This document shows positions 8,997 through 16,671 of a stretch of 32,000 nt of DNA, in pieces. The first letter of the stretch is position 1. The number at the start of each line of letters is the position of its first letter. The DNA is taken from contig NZ_CP013011.1 of the NCBI RefSeq assembly GCF_001412615.1, positions 600,001 through 632,000 of the forward strand. Direction: 5' to 3'. Below the pieces are notes generated by a model. That model was given only the letters and a program-made list of their open reading frames with translations. It did no database searches and was not told the DNA's origin. This DNA comes from Pyrodictium delaneyi (GTDB lineage: Archaea > Thermoproteota > Thermoprotei_A > Sulfolobales > Pyrodictiaceae). The translations under genes were made by a program, and so were the position numbers.

Positions 8997-11135
8997 GTGC
9001 AGAGCGTGGGTATCGCTGCCAGGAGAGTAATGGCAACACTCTTAATAGTGTACTTACTAGCTGTATCCTTTATAGCTCCACTAGTCTCTGCTGAGCAGGC
9101 CGAAAAGGTTGTAGAGATAACGATACCTGCAATAGAACAGAAAGCCGAGTACAAGCCAGGCCTAATAATTATGCCGAAGATAAGTAGGCCGTATTTTGTC
9201 GAACCGGGCAGATCGTTCACGCTGATAGTAAGTAAGCCACTAGGCATTCAGAAAATTATGATAGACAATGGTTATGGAGGATCCTATGAGTGTGAGTATA
9301 ACAAGCTCAGCGATACCGTATTCGCCGTAAAAGTCCCTGACAGCGCTGAACAAGGTCTCTATGACCTAATAATATATACAAGTGAATATACAAGTGAAGG
9401 CATCTATGGTGAGCCCAACTCAATATATGTTGGTAATGCTAGCTCGTTCGAGAAGCTGAACATAGTTCATGTAACAGATCGTCACTTCGGCGTAATAAAC
9501 CCCAACGGAAGAAAGGCATCTAACTACGACCTGGCAGTAAACTTTGTAGTACTAGGGCTTCCAGAGAACACTATCATAGTTGACAGCGGTGACCTCGCCG
9601 ATACAGCGCGCGATAGCGAATATACGGAAAGCCTCTTAGTAGACTCGCTACTCAACAAGCCGGTCGTAGGTGTGCCAGGCAATCATGACCACGTAGGTGG
9701 CTCTACAAATTACGAGGCATACCGTGGACCATTCAATTATACTTTAGATATATTCGGGCTCTACCGTATAGTAGGTATTGACAGTGGCGGTGACGGCTAC
9801 ATTACACAGAGCCAGGCGTCATGGGCAAAGAACATTCTAACCTCTACAGAGGAGCCCATAAAGATACTCATCTTCCATCATCCGCACTTCACACACATGT
9901 TTGGCGACATACCTTTCCAATTCAATGTGTCGAGCAGCGAAGATCTATTCAAACTATTAACTAGCAAGAAGCCAAACAGCAAGTACACCTACATATATAG
10001 CAGCTGGCTAACCAACGAGGAAGCACTCAAGACACTAGTAGATGGAATGCTCAATGCCAAAGCAGAAGCAGTACTTGTATTCTCCGGGCACGTACACCTG
10101 GACTCCTACGCTGTAGTAACCAGGCCCGACGGCTCAAAGATACACTACATAGTGACAGTAACCACGGCCGGAAGCGTAAGACCCGGAGACTACCACGGAT
10201 TCCGAATAGTCACCGTAGATCCATCAGGAAAGGTAGAGTTCCACGGTGATGGCGACTACTGGACACGCCACGCCAGCTTCAACGTGGACAAGATACATGC
10301 GAGTTATGTAGAGACCAAGAACGCTGTCACAGCTACACTGAGGATAGATGACAGCAAGATAACAGAGTATATGGAGAAAACAGTCGTAGCGCTGCATGTG
10401 CCAAGCCAGTGGCTGGGCAAGACCGTGAAATTGTACATGAAGGGCCTAGACTCCTACAAGCTACGCTGTACAGCTCTAGGCTGTATACTCTATGCATTTG
10501 CCAAGGAGAAGCCAGTACAGGGCTTTGAGTACCAGGCGACACTGTTCACAAAGCCTGACGAGAAACCGCCAGTGCTAGAACTCGTGAAAATGACTCCATC
10601 GTCACCGCGTCAAGGCCGGCAGTTAGTGCTAAGCTTCAAGGTAGGCGACGATTCATGGGGCATCAAGGAGACATATGCCAAGATCGAATATGATGGGCAA
10701 GAGATAGTAATCAAGCCGATGATAGTTGGCAATGATATGCGTATAGTGGTGCCTCCTCTCAAAGCGACGGAGGCGAAAATAACAGTTGTAGTAATCGACG
10801 CTTCAGGAAAGGAGACTGTCTTCACAAAGACAATAGAGTACAAGACTACTACAATAACTACGGCTGTAACCACCCCAACTACGGTCGCTGAAAGCGAGAC
10901 GCCTACAACGACTGCGGCTGAGACATATGCTGAAACATCTACACAGCAATCAGAGACGACTACCCCAGAGAAGCCATCAGGGTTTAGCATAACATTGACA
11001 GTGCCAAAGTTACAAATCGAGGAAACAACATCAGCCGCAAAGCCGGCCGCTCCAGTAGATAACACAGGACTCATAGTGGCAGCAGTAGTAGTGATCTCGC
11101 TCGCAGCTTTCGCTCTAATAATAACAAGACGTTAG
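8997..11135 (+). CDS. Exported, membrane-anchored calcineurin-like metallophosphoesterase with C-terminal beta-rich domains and a Thr-rich stalk
   Basis: MPE motifs appear in order: VHVTDRHFG, DSGDLAD, GNHDH, IFHHPH, SGHVH. There is an N-terminal signal/anchor (LLIVYLLAVSFIAPLVSA), a Thr-rich linker (TTTITTAVTTPTTV...SETTTPEKP) and a C-terminal TM (LIVAAVVVISLAAFALII). The start is either GTG 8997 or ATG 9027. Confidence 0.8.
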   Translation: MQSVGIAARRVMATLLIVYLLAVSFIAPLVSAEQAEKVVEITIPAIEQKAEYKPGLIIMPKISRPYFVEPGRSFTLIVSKPLGIQKIMIDNGYGGSYECEYNKLSDTVFAVKVPDSAEQGLYDLIIYTSEYTSEGIYGEPNSIYVGNASSFEKLNIVHVTDRHFGVINPNGRKASNYDLAVNFVVLGLPENTIIVDSGDLADTARDSEYTESLLVDSLLNKPVVGVPGNHDHVGGSTNYEAYRGPFNYTLDIFGLYRIVGIDSGGDGYITQSQASWAKNILTSTEEPIKILIFHHPHFTHMFGDIPFQFNVSSSEDLFKLLTSKKPNSKYTYIYSSWLTNEEALKTLVDGMLNAKAEAVLVFSGHVHLDSYAVVTRPDGSKIHYIVTVTTAGSVRPGDYHGFRIVTVDPSGKVEFHGDGDYWTRHASFNVDKIHASYVETKNAVTATLRIDDSKITEYMEKTVVALHVPSQWLGKTVKLYMKGLDSYKLRCTALGCILYAFAKEKPVQGFEYQATLFTKPDEKPPVLELVKMTPSSPRQGRQLVLSFKVGDDSWGIKETYAKIEYDGQEIVIKPMIVGNDMRIVVPPLKATEAKITVVVIDASGKETVFTKTIEYKTTTITTAVTTPTTVAESETPTTTAAETYAETSTQQSETTTPEKPSGFSITLTVPKLQIEETTSAAKPAAPVDNTGLIVAAVVVISLAAFALIITRR

Positions 11136-11587
11136 CATATCCTAAAGGCGTATGGAGGTCCTGCCTTCAAGTATTTTTTAAACAAGTATTCATTGCTTAA
11201 ATGAAGCTCCACTATATTAGGCACTCCGAGAATTCTGTACGGATTATCCCCTAGAACAGTCTTTAAAATGTCGAGCACAAGTGTTTCTGCTATAGTTTCG
11301 ATTCTTTCTATGTTGATCTCGGTTGGACACTCTAGTACCAGGTCTATATCTTTGTCCCCAAGGCCAGTACTGGGCTCGCCGCCGTGGATGTCAAGAAAGT
11401 ATACATGGCAACTGGTATGCTTGCATATGCAGTCAGAGAGGACGCGTGCAATAAGACGTTTTGAACGTTGCCACTCCATGGTTTTCCAAAGGACGCCGTT
11501 TTTTCTTCTTTGAAGCGTGTTGCGTATTGCAACAGAGACTCGTTCAAGTCCGTGAAAGATGCATGTGTGGAGTTCATCTACATTCAT
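11132..11587 (-). CDS. Minimal Pol-beta-superfamily nucleotidyltransferase-like protein (151 aa)
   Basis: HGGEPSTGLGDKDIDLVLE matches the G[GS]-x(n)-D-x-D NTase signature. A downstream NIVELH could supply the third carboxylate. It is colinear with the neighbouring 154-aa ORF. Confidence 0.6.
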   Translation of the reverse strand: MNVDELHTCIFHGLERVSVAIRNTLQRRKNGVLWKTMEWQRSKRLIARVLSDCICKHTSCHVYFLDIHGGEPSTGLGDKDIDLVLECPTEINIERIETIAETLVLDILKTVLGDNPYRILGVPNIVELHLSNEYLFKKYLKAGPPYAFRIC

Positions 11588-11696
11588 GGAGCTAACTCTC
11601 CCTAGCTAATTGGTGTTACAGCTACAGGGATATCAGAATGCCGAATATAGGTATATGGGGAGAGTAATGTTCGAGTTCTTGGGTTATTTATCAGGG

Positions 11697-12161
11697 TTAA
11701 ATCCGGCTATCCCCGTTAATGAGTTGAATTGCATAGTATAGTCTGGTTTTTGAGCCATAAACTCCACGTTCAATTGTGTGTATTTCGAAAAGGTTTGGAC
11801 TGCTAGTATATGCATGGAAGTTCAAGCCTGCTAACTCTGCAAGCTTTGTAAGTAACGACTCTATAGTCTCCTCAACTTCCTCCATGTCAATGCTCTTTAT
11901 ATCATCTCGTAATGCTATGAGTAAATCTATATCGCGTCCCACATGTGAGTCTGAGAGTTCTATATAGTATATGGCTTCTATTAATCCTGGCAAAAGCTTG
12001 TTTATACAATTAGCTGCTATGCTGGCAGCACGGCGCTTGAAGAGAGCCCATTCTGTTAGGAAGGAGTCTCGTGGCGAATTCAGACGCGGAAGACTGCTCT
12101 TAAGTCTAGTGAATAATGTTATACACTCCTCTACCTCCGGATCAAACACTGCAAGTTTCAT
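11697..12161 (-). CDS. Divergent paralog of the adjacent nucleotidyltransferase-like protein (154 aa), possibly degenerate at the G-S turn
   Basis: Shares EWxxxKRxxAxxxxxCI, DIDL[VL]I and N[IL]xE[LI]H with the 151-aa neighbour. Its motif region reads ELSDSHVGRDIDLLIAL. A TATA-like cctaatatagg (12197-12207) lies about 40 nt upstream. Confidence 0.6.
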   Translation of the reverse strand: MKLAVFDPEVEECITLFTRLKSSLPRLNSPRDSFLTEWALFKRRAASIAANCINKLLPGLIEAIYYIELSDSHVGRDIDLLIALRDDIKSIDMEEVEETIESLLTKLAELAGLNFHAYTSSPNLFEIHTIERGVYGSKTRLYYAIQLINGDSRI

Positions 12162-12314
12162 CCCACTAGTGCCCCGCTAGTTAACTACTAGCCAGTCCCT
12201 AATATAGGAGAGTGTTTTGGCTCAACTATGCGGGTCAAACTTCGAGGGCTGGGGCTCTGCCCCTAGAAAAAGTCTTGAGGTATGTTGCCAGAAATGTGAG
12301 GGTGTAGACAAGAC

Positions 12315-13214
12315 ATGGTGTTGTTAGCGCTAACCTACAAGAAGCTAGTAGGCCGGGATTTCCGTGTACTCTCAGTGATAGAGAGGGAGATGCCAAGATA
12401 CGAGTATGTGCCGATAGAAGTTATTGAGAGAAGGCTGCGTATGCCGTCGAGCCATGTGGCTATGAGTCTGCAGAAATTGAACCAGCTAAAGCTAGTGAGG
12501 AGACGTCTAGGCGACTACGTCGGGTATAGGTTAACCTACATGGGGTTGGATATGCTTGCACTCCACTCTCTTGTCGAACGCGGCATACTTCATGCTCTTG
12601 GCGACAAGCTTGGTGTGGGAAAGGAGAGCGATGTATACTCGGGGTTGACTCCAAGCGGTACTAGGGTTATAGTAAAGTTTCATCGTGTGGGGAGAACAAG
12701 CTTCCAGAAGATAGTAAGGGTCCGACACTACGCGGCGGACAAGCCATACTCGTCGTGGCTACAACTAGCCAAGCTAGCTGGACAGCGCGAATTCAGAGCT
12801 CTTGACGAGCTGTACCGAGCCGGAGCACTAGTTCCCAAGCCCCTAGGCTATAGTCGCCATGCAGTTGTGACAGACTATATTGAGGGTGTTGAGTTATACA
12901 TGTACAAGGACGCCATGGACCCCGAGTCTATGCTTAGAGATATAATTGATACACTCCGAAAAGCATACCTGGACGTAGGAATAGTCCATGGTGATCTAAG
13001 CGAATATAATATACTTGTAGTAATAGAGGATGATAGGGAACGTCCCTATATAATAGACTGGCCTCAGTATGTCGAGAAAGAGCACCCCTCGGCTGAGCAA
13101 CTTCTGCGTAGAGACATAGAGTATGTCGTCAGATTCTTTAGGAAAAGGTATGGCGTCGAAGCGGATGTCGAGAAACTTATCAAATACGTTAGGGGCGAGA
13201 TAGAGAATGTTTGA
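12315..13214 (+). CDS. rio2: RIO-type serine kinase Rio2 (N-terminal winged helix plus RIO domain)
   Basis: N-terminal wHTH (RDFRVLSVIEREM...VPIEVIERRL), P-loop-like GVGKESDVY, catalytic IVHGDLSEYNILV and metal-binding IIDWPQ. Confidence 0.9.
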   Translation: MVLLALTYKKLVGRDFRVLSVIEREMPRYEYVPIEVIERRLRMPSSHVAMSLQKLNQLKLVRRRLGDYVGYRLTYMGLDMLALHSLVERGILHALGDKLGVGKESDVYSGLTPSGTRVIVKFHRVGRTSFQKIVRVRHYAADKPYSSWLQLAKLAGQREFRALDELYRAGALVPKPLGYSRHAVVTDYIEGVELYMYKDAMDPESMLRDIIDTLRKAYLDVGIVHGDLSEYNILVVIEDDRERPYIIDWPQYVEKEHPSAEQLLRRDIEYVVRFFRKRYGVEADVEKLIKYVRGEIENV

Positions 13215-13362
13215 ATTATTCTAGTGAATATAAGCAAATGTGAGCCTATATTTGTAAAAGCCACTACTGTGTAACCCGAAAATATACGTAAGTAATTGCT
13301 TATCGTTGAAGCGAAGCCCTAAAAAGTGCAGGAGAGCTAGGTTACGAGCATGGGTGGCGCGA

Positions 13363-13716
13363 ATGGCTTCAACAGAGCAGAGCGGAGTAAAGAATTCTAC
13401 CGAAGTAACTCGGGAAGGTATTATCGAGAAGGATGGTGTTCTCATTGTTTCAGGAGAGGAGTATATCTATAGAGTATGTAGTGCTTTAGCGAGTCCAACA
13501 CGTATAAAGATATTGTCAGAACTTTTGAAGAGGGAAGCGGACATAGGGGAGATAGCAGAGATGATAAACCAGAGTAAAGCGAATGCTTCAACACAAGTGC
13601 GTAGACTTGAGGAGATAGGCCTGGTACGCTCGGAGTACAAGCCGGGCGTTAGGGGCGTAAGGAAGGTAGTGAAAACTACTGTAAAAGAAATACGCATAAT
13701 ACTAGAGCCAAGTTAA
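13363..13716 (+). CDS. ArsR/SmtB-family winged-HTH transcriptional regulator
   Basis: ALASPTRIKILSELLKREADIGEIAEMINQSKANASTQVRRLEEIGLV. The ORF opens at TTG 13306, but that extension is Arg/Lys-rich and improbable, so ATG 13363 is preferred. A TATA-like aaatatac lies at 13281-13288. Confidence 0.75.
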   Translation: MASTEQSGVKNSTEVTREGIIEKDGVLIVSGEEYIYRVCSALASPTRIKILSELLKREADIGEIAEMINQSKANASTQVRRLEEIGLVRSEYKPGVRGVRKVVKTTVKEIRIILEPS

Positions 13717-13878
13717 GCCAAGTTGAAAAGAGTAAAGACAGAAGCTGCAAAGAGATTTAGCTTACGTATATTTTGTAATATAGGGCTCCTTTTAGAATGT
13801 GTGGAAAATGCTAACAGTATGTTGGTGGCTAAGTCGTTTTCATAATGCGATTGTAGATAGTGGTTTGAGTTTAGATAC

Positions 13879-14457
13879 TCATGAGTCTTTGCAGCTTGTC
13901 ATCCTAGATCGCTCAATAACATCGAGGAATTGTCTTAAGTCTCTGTCGTTATAGGCCACAAATATTACTCTCTTTGGTGTGTTGGCTGACTTCCAATGTT
14001 CATCAAGAGCTTCAAGCATTGCAGCCAGGCTATCCTTGGCGTTGAGGCCGCCGACGCCCGCACCCATGGCTGGAAAAGCTAAGCATTCAATATCCTTCTC
14101 AGCAGCTAATGCTAGGGCTGCAGTAGCAGCCTTTCTCACTTTGCTTGTAGTAGTCCTCATGGCGGGTCTTTCCATTGTTGGGGCGTGGATGATGATCTTT
14201 ATCCTCGGCTCTAGTTTGCCGGCTCCAGTAGCTATCGCTTCTCCTACGGGTACTGGTGCATGTTTTCGGGCTTCCTCCTCTACCTCTTTCCCAGCTACTC
14301 TTCGGAGAGCACCTGCTACGCCTCCTCCCATGAACATGAGACTGTTGGCCGGGTTCACCACAGCATCGCATTCTATGGTTGTTATATCGCCCTTAGCTAT
14401 TACTATTTCACGATTTCCGCAGCTAATCTTCTTTACCACTTCTACTTCGGCTACCAT
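13879..14457 (-). CDS. Macro-domain protein (ADP-ribose / O-acetyl-ADP-ribose binding or hydrolase, AF1521/MacroD-like)
   Basis: GDITTIECDAVVNPANSLMFMGGGVAGAL and AFPAMGAGVGG are the macro-domain diphosphate-binding loops. Confidence 0.9.
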   Translation of the reverse strand: MVAEVEVVKKISCGNREIVIAKGDITTIECDAVVNPANSLMFMGGGVAGALRRVAGKEVEEEARKHAPVPVGEAIATGAGKLEPRIKIIIHAPTMERPAMRTTTSKVRKAATAALALAAEKDIECLAFPAMGAGVGGLNAKDSLAAMLEALDEHWKSANTPKRVIFVAYNDRDLRQFLDVIERSRMTSCKDS

Positions 14458-14477
14458 GGTACAGACACCATACCAAC

Positions 14478-14487
14478 TATTATATTA
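14478..14487 (-). promoter_or_regulatory. TATA box (taatataata on the minus strand) about 25 nt upstream of the macro-domain ATG; implies a leaderless mRNA
   Basis: Plus-strand tattatatta at 14478-14487, with the ATG first base at 14457. No SD-like motif lies between them. Confidence 0.45.
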
Positions 14488-14651
14488 CTGTACATAGAGG
14501 CTATAACTTTGAGTACGCGGTGTAGATAATGCTATAGTATTTTCATATACTTCTTGTGTATATCTATTGAACTTATTCTGCAGAAGGTAGCGTGAAGCTT
14601 TATAACGCCCTCATATCTTCTGCCCAACTAATACATGGAGCTACTAGGGCT

Positions 14652-14726
14652 GGGCCCGTCGTCTAGCCTGGTTAGGACGCCGCCCTGACACGGCGGAGGT
14701 CCGGGGTTCAAATCCCCGCGGGCCCA
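14652..14726 (+). tRNA. tRNA-Val (anticodon GAC), intronless, with genomically encoded CCA (14727-14729)
   Basis: Hand-folded cloverleaf: acceptor GGGCCCG/CGGGCCC, D arm GUCU-AGCCUGGUUA-GGAC, anticodon arm CCGCC-CUGACAC-GGCGG, T arm CGGGG-UUCAAAU-CCCCG, discriminator A. Confidence 0.95.
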
Positions 14727-14906
14727 CCACTTCTTGTCTCGCTTCTACTCTATTCCTTGTCCCACACGACCTTGCCGTAAGAGTATCTCTTTGTCTATTC
14801 TCCATGTTGATGTGGAGTTATATTTTGACATGATAACTGGTGTTGGCTAGTCTATGAACTTCATGGCATAAGAACTGCTTAATATGTCAAGTAATAATGA
14901 AATAGA

Positions 14907-14914
14907 TTTTTATA
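14907..14914 (+). promoter_or_regulatory. TATA box (ttttatat) upstream of the subtilisin gene
   Basis: An A/T-rich octamer about 55-60 nt upstream of ATG 14970. A GGGGTGGGG SD-like motif lies directly upstream of the ATG. Confidence 0.4.
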
Positions 14915-14969
14915 TTGGACCACATTAAGCCCACTCGACCAGAAACCCTAAACAATGGGGTGGGGTTGA

Positions 14970-16265
14970 ATGTTTAGGCAGTTGAAGCCAGGCACAGTGC
15001 TGGCGATCGGTATTGTACTACTTATGCTTGTACAGATTGTGCCAGTGATGGCAGCACCTGCACCTAGTAGTTATCGTGTAATAATAGGTTATAGCGGAGA
15101 TCCTAGCCAAGCGAAGCTTGCTGCCAAGGCTGCTGGCTTCAAGATACTACGTGAGCTTGATGCCTTCAACGCAATAGTAGTTGAAGTAAAGGGGGTAAGC
15201 CCCGGTGATGCGGTCGAGAAAGCTCGTAAAGGCTTTGAGCAACATGCTAAAGTTCGCGGGATCGGTATCCGGTATGTTGAACCGGATCGCAAGCTCTATG
15301 CCTTTGCACTGAGCGACAGCCCAGACATACAATGGGACATATTCATGGTGAATGCGCCCACAGTCTGGGATACATATTACCCCTATGTAGGCGATTATGC
15401 GCTAGGCTATGGTGTGCAAGTAGCAGTACTAGACACTGGTATAGACTATACTCACCCAGAGCTTTACGGCAAGGTAGTCTGGTGTGTTAACACAGCCGAT
15501 TACCCATGGATAGTGGTAAGCAGTAATCCATGGTACTGTCGTGACGTGAATGGACATGGAACCCATGTGGCAGGTACGATAGCTGCAGCGCTAGACGGTA
15601 CTGGAGTGGCTGGAGTAGCACCAGCAGTGACGCTCTACGCGATTAAAGTACTGAGCAATAGTGGTAGCGGCTATATAAGTGATATAGCCTATGGTATATA
15701 CTACGCTGTGGCTGGTCCTGACGGTGTAGTAGGCACCTGGGACGACGCCGAAGTCCTAAGCATGAGTCTTGGAGGACCAACAGACGATCCGCTGCTAAGC
15801 GACGCGACTTATTGGGCATATCAGAACGGCGCGATAATAGTAGCGGCTGCTGGTAACGAAGGCGACGGCGATCCTACAACTGATGAAGTGGCTTACCCTG
15901 CTAAGTATCCCTGGGTAATAGCAGTAGCAGCCGTAGATGCTAACGGTGATAGCCCAACATGGAGTAGTGAAGGCCCGGAGGTTGATGTCGCGGCACCTGG
16001 TGTAGACATACTAAGCACATATCCACGTGGCGACTACGCTGTGCTAAGTGGTACGAGCATGGCCACACCGCATGTAAGCGGCGTTGTAGCGCTCATTCAA
16101 GCCCTCCGTATAGCCTCGGGCAAGGCGCCGCTAACATTCGAGGAAGTCTACGATGCACTGACAACGACTGCAATAGACCTTGGACCGGCAGGTTTCGATA
16201 ACTTCACAGGGTACGGTCTAGTAGATGCATACGCAGCTGTAAACTATGCACTGCAGCTACCTTAA
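14970..16265 (+). CDS. Secreted subtilisin-like serine protease (peptidase S8) with an I9-type propeptide
   Basis: Signal peptide (LAIGIVLLMLVQIVPVMAAP) and a catalytic triad in VAVLDTGID, HGTHVAG and SGTSMATPHVSG. The oxyanion Asn is in AAAGNEG. Confidence 0.92.
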   Translation: MFRQLKPGTVLAIGIVLLMLVQIVPVMAAPAPSSYRVIIGYSGDPSQAKLAAKAAGFKILRELDAFNAIVVEVKGVSPGDAVEKARKGFEQHAKVRGIGIRYVEPDRKLYAFALSDSPDIQWDIFMVNAPTVWDTYYPYVGDYALGYGVQVAVLDTGIDYTHPELYGKVVWCVNTADYPWIVVSSNPWYCRDVNGHGTHVAGTIAAALDGTGVAGVAPAVTLYAIKVLSNSGSGYISDIAYGIYYAVAGPDGVVGTWDDAEVLSMSLGGPTDDPLLSDATYWAYQNGAIIVAAAGNEGDGDPTTDEVAYPAKYPWVIAVAAVDANGDSPTWSSEGPEVDVAAPGVDILSTYPRGDYAVLSGTSMATPHVSGVVALIQALRIASGKAPLTFEEVYDALTTTAIDLGPAGFDNFTGYGLVDAYAAVNYALQLP

Positions 16266-16311
16266 TGAAGTAGATTCGTCCTATAAGAAACTCTACCTAT
16301 ACGATCATTAG

Positions 16312-16328
16312 TTTTTTACCTTCTTTTT
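16312..16328 (+). terminator. Twin oligo-T tracts (T6 ... T5), a candidate terminator of the protease gene
   Basis: gTTTTTTaccttcTTTTTag lies about 45 nt after the stop codon. Confidence 0.4.
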
Positions 16329-16622
16329 AGCAATCTCTATATTGGTGTGTTATTGTTCTCCCACTATACTATCTCCTTCGGCTTAGTATCCCGGTCACTT
16401 CAGGGCAGTGCTTTTTGATGATAATAGACGAGTAAAACCCTTACGTTAAGCTGTGAATACCGGTCAAGGCATGCTCCTTGATAGTAGAGTTTTAGTGTCC
16501 GACCTGCGTCTGCTATGCCTAGTCACGGGGTTGTTAATCGAACCCCGCTGATGCTATGAAGTGATGAGGGGCTGAGCAGGAAGCCCTCCCGTTCGGTGGA
16601 GGGGATGCTCCTAGAGCCCCGC

Positions 16623-16630
16623 ATTAATTA
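16623..16630 (+). promoter_or_regulatory. TATA box (attaatta) of the AbrB-PhoU gene
   Basis: It lies 42-49 nt upstream of the TTG start at 16672. Confidence 0.35.
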
Positions 16631-16671
16631 TTCTGGCTAGTTGCTCTATTGTTGTCGAGGGCTACTAAGTC

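Noticed and set aside
10610-11074. 154-aa minus-strand ORF opposite the 3' end of the metallophosphoesterase gene
   Set aside because: It is antisense to the Thr-rich linker and anchor region and has a low-complexity Val/Ser composition. The plus-strand gene carries clear MPE motifs.
13979-14497. 172-aa plus-strand ORF overlapping the macro-domain gene
   Set aside because: It lies fully antisense to a gene with unambiguous macro-domain motifs. Its Ala/Ser/Pro-rich composition is typical of an antisense frame.
14652-14760. Integrated element at the tRNA-Val or tRNA-Cys genes
   Set aside because: No integrase-like ORF is present. I found no direct repeat of either tRNA 3' half elsewhere in the window.
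16547-16574. CTGA ... GTGATGA ... CTGA motifs resembling D'/C'/D boxes
   Set aside because: Only 4 nt separate the C'-like box from the next CTGA, and no C box lies at the required distance upstream. The motifs are better explained as part of the hairpin cluster.
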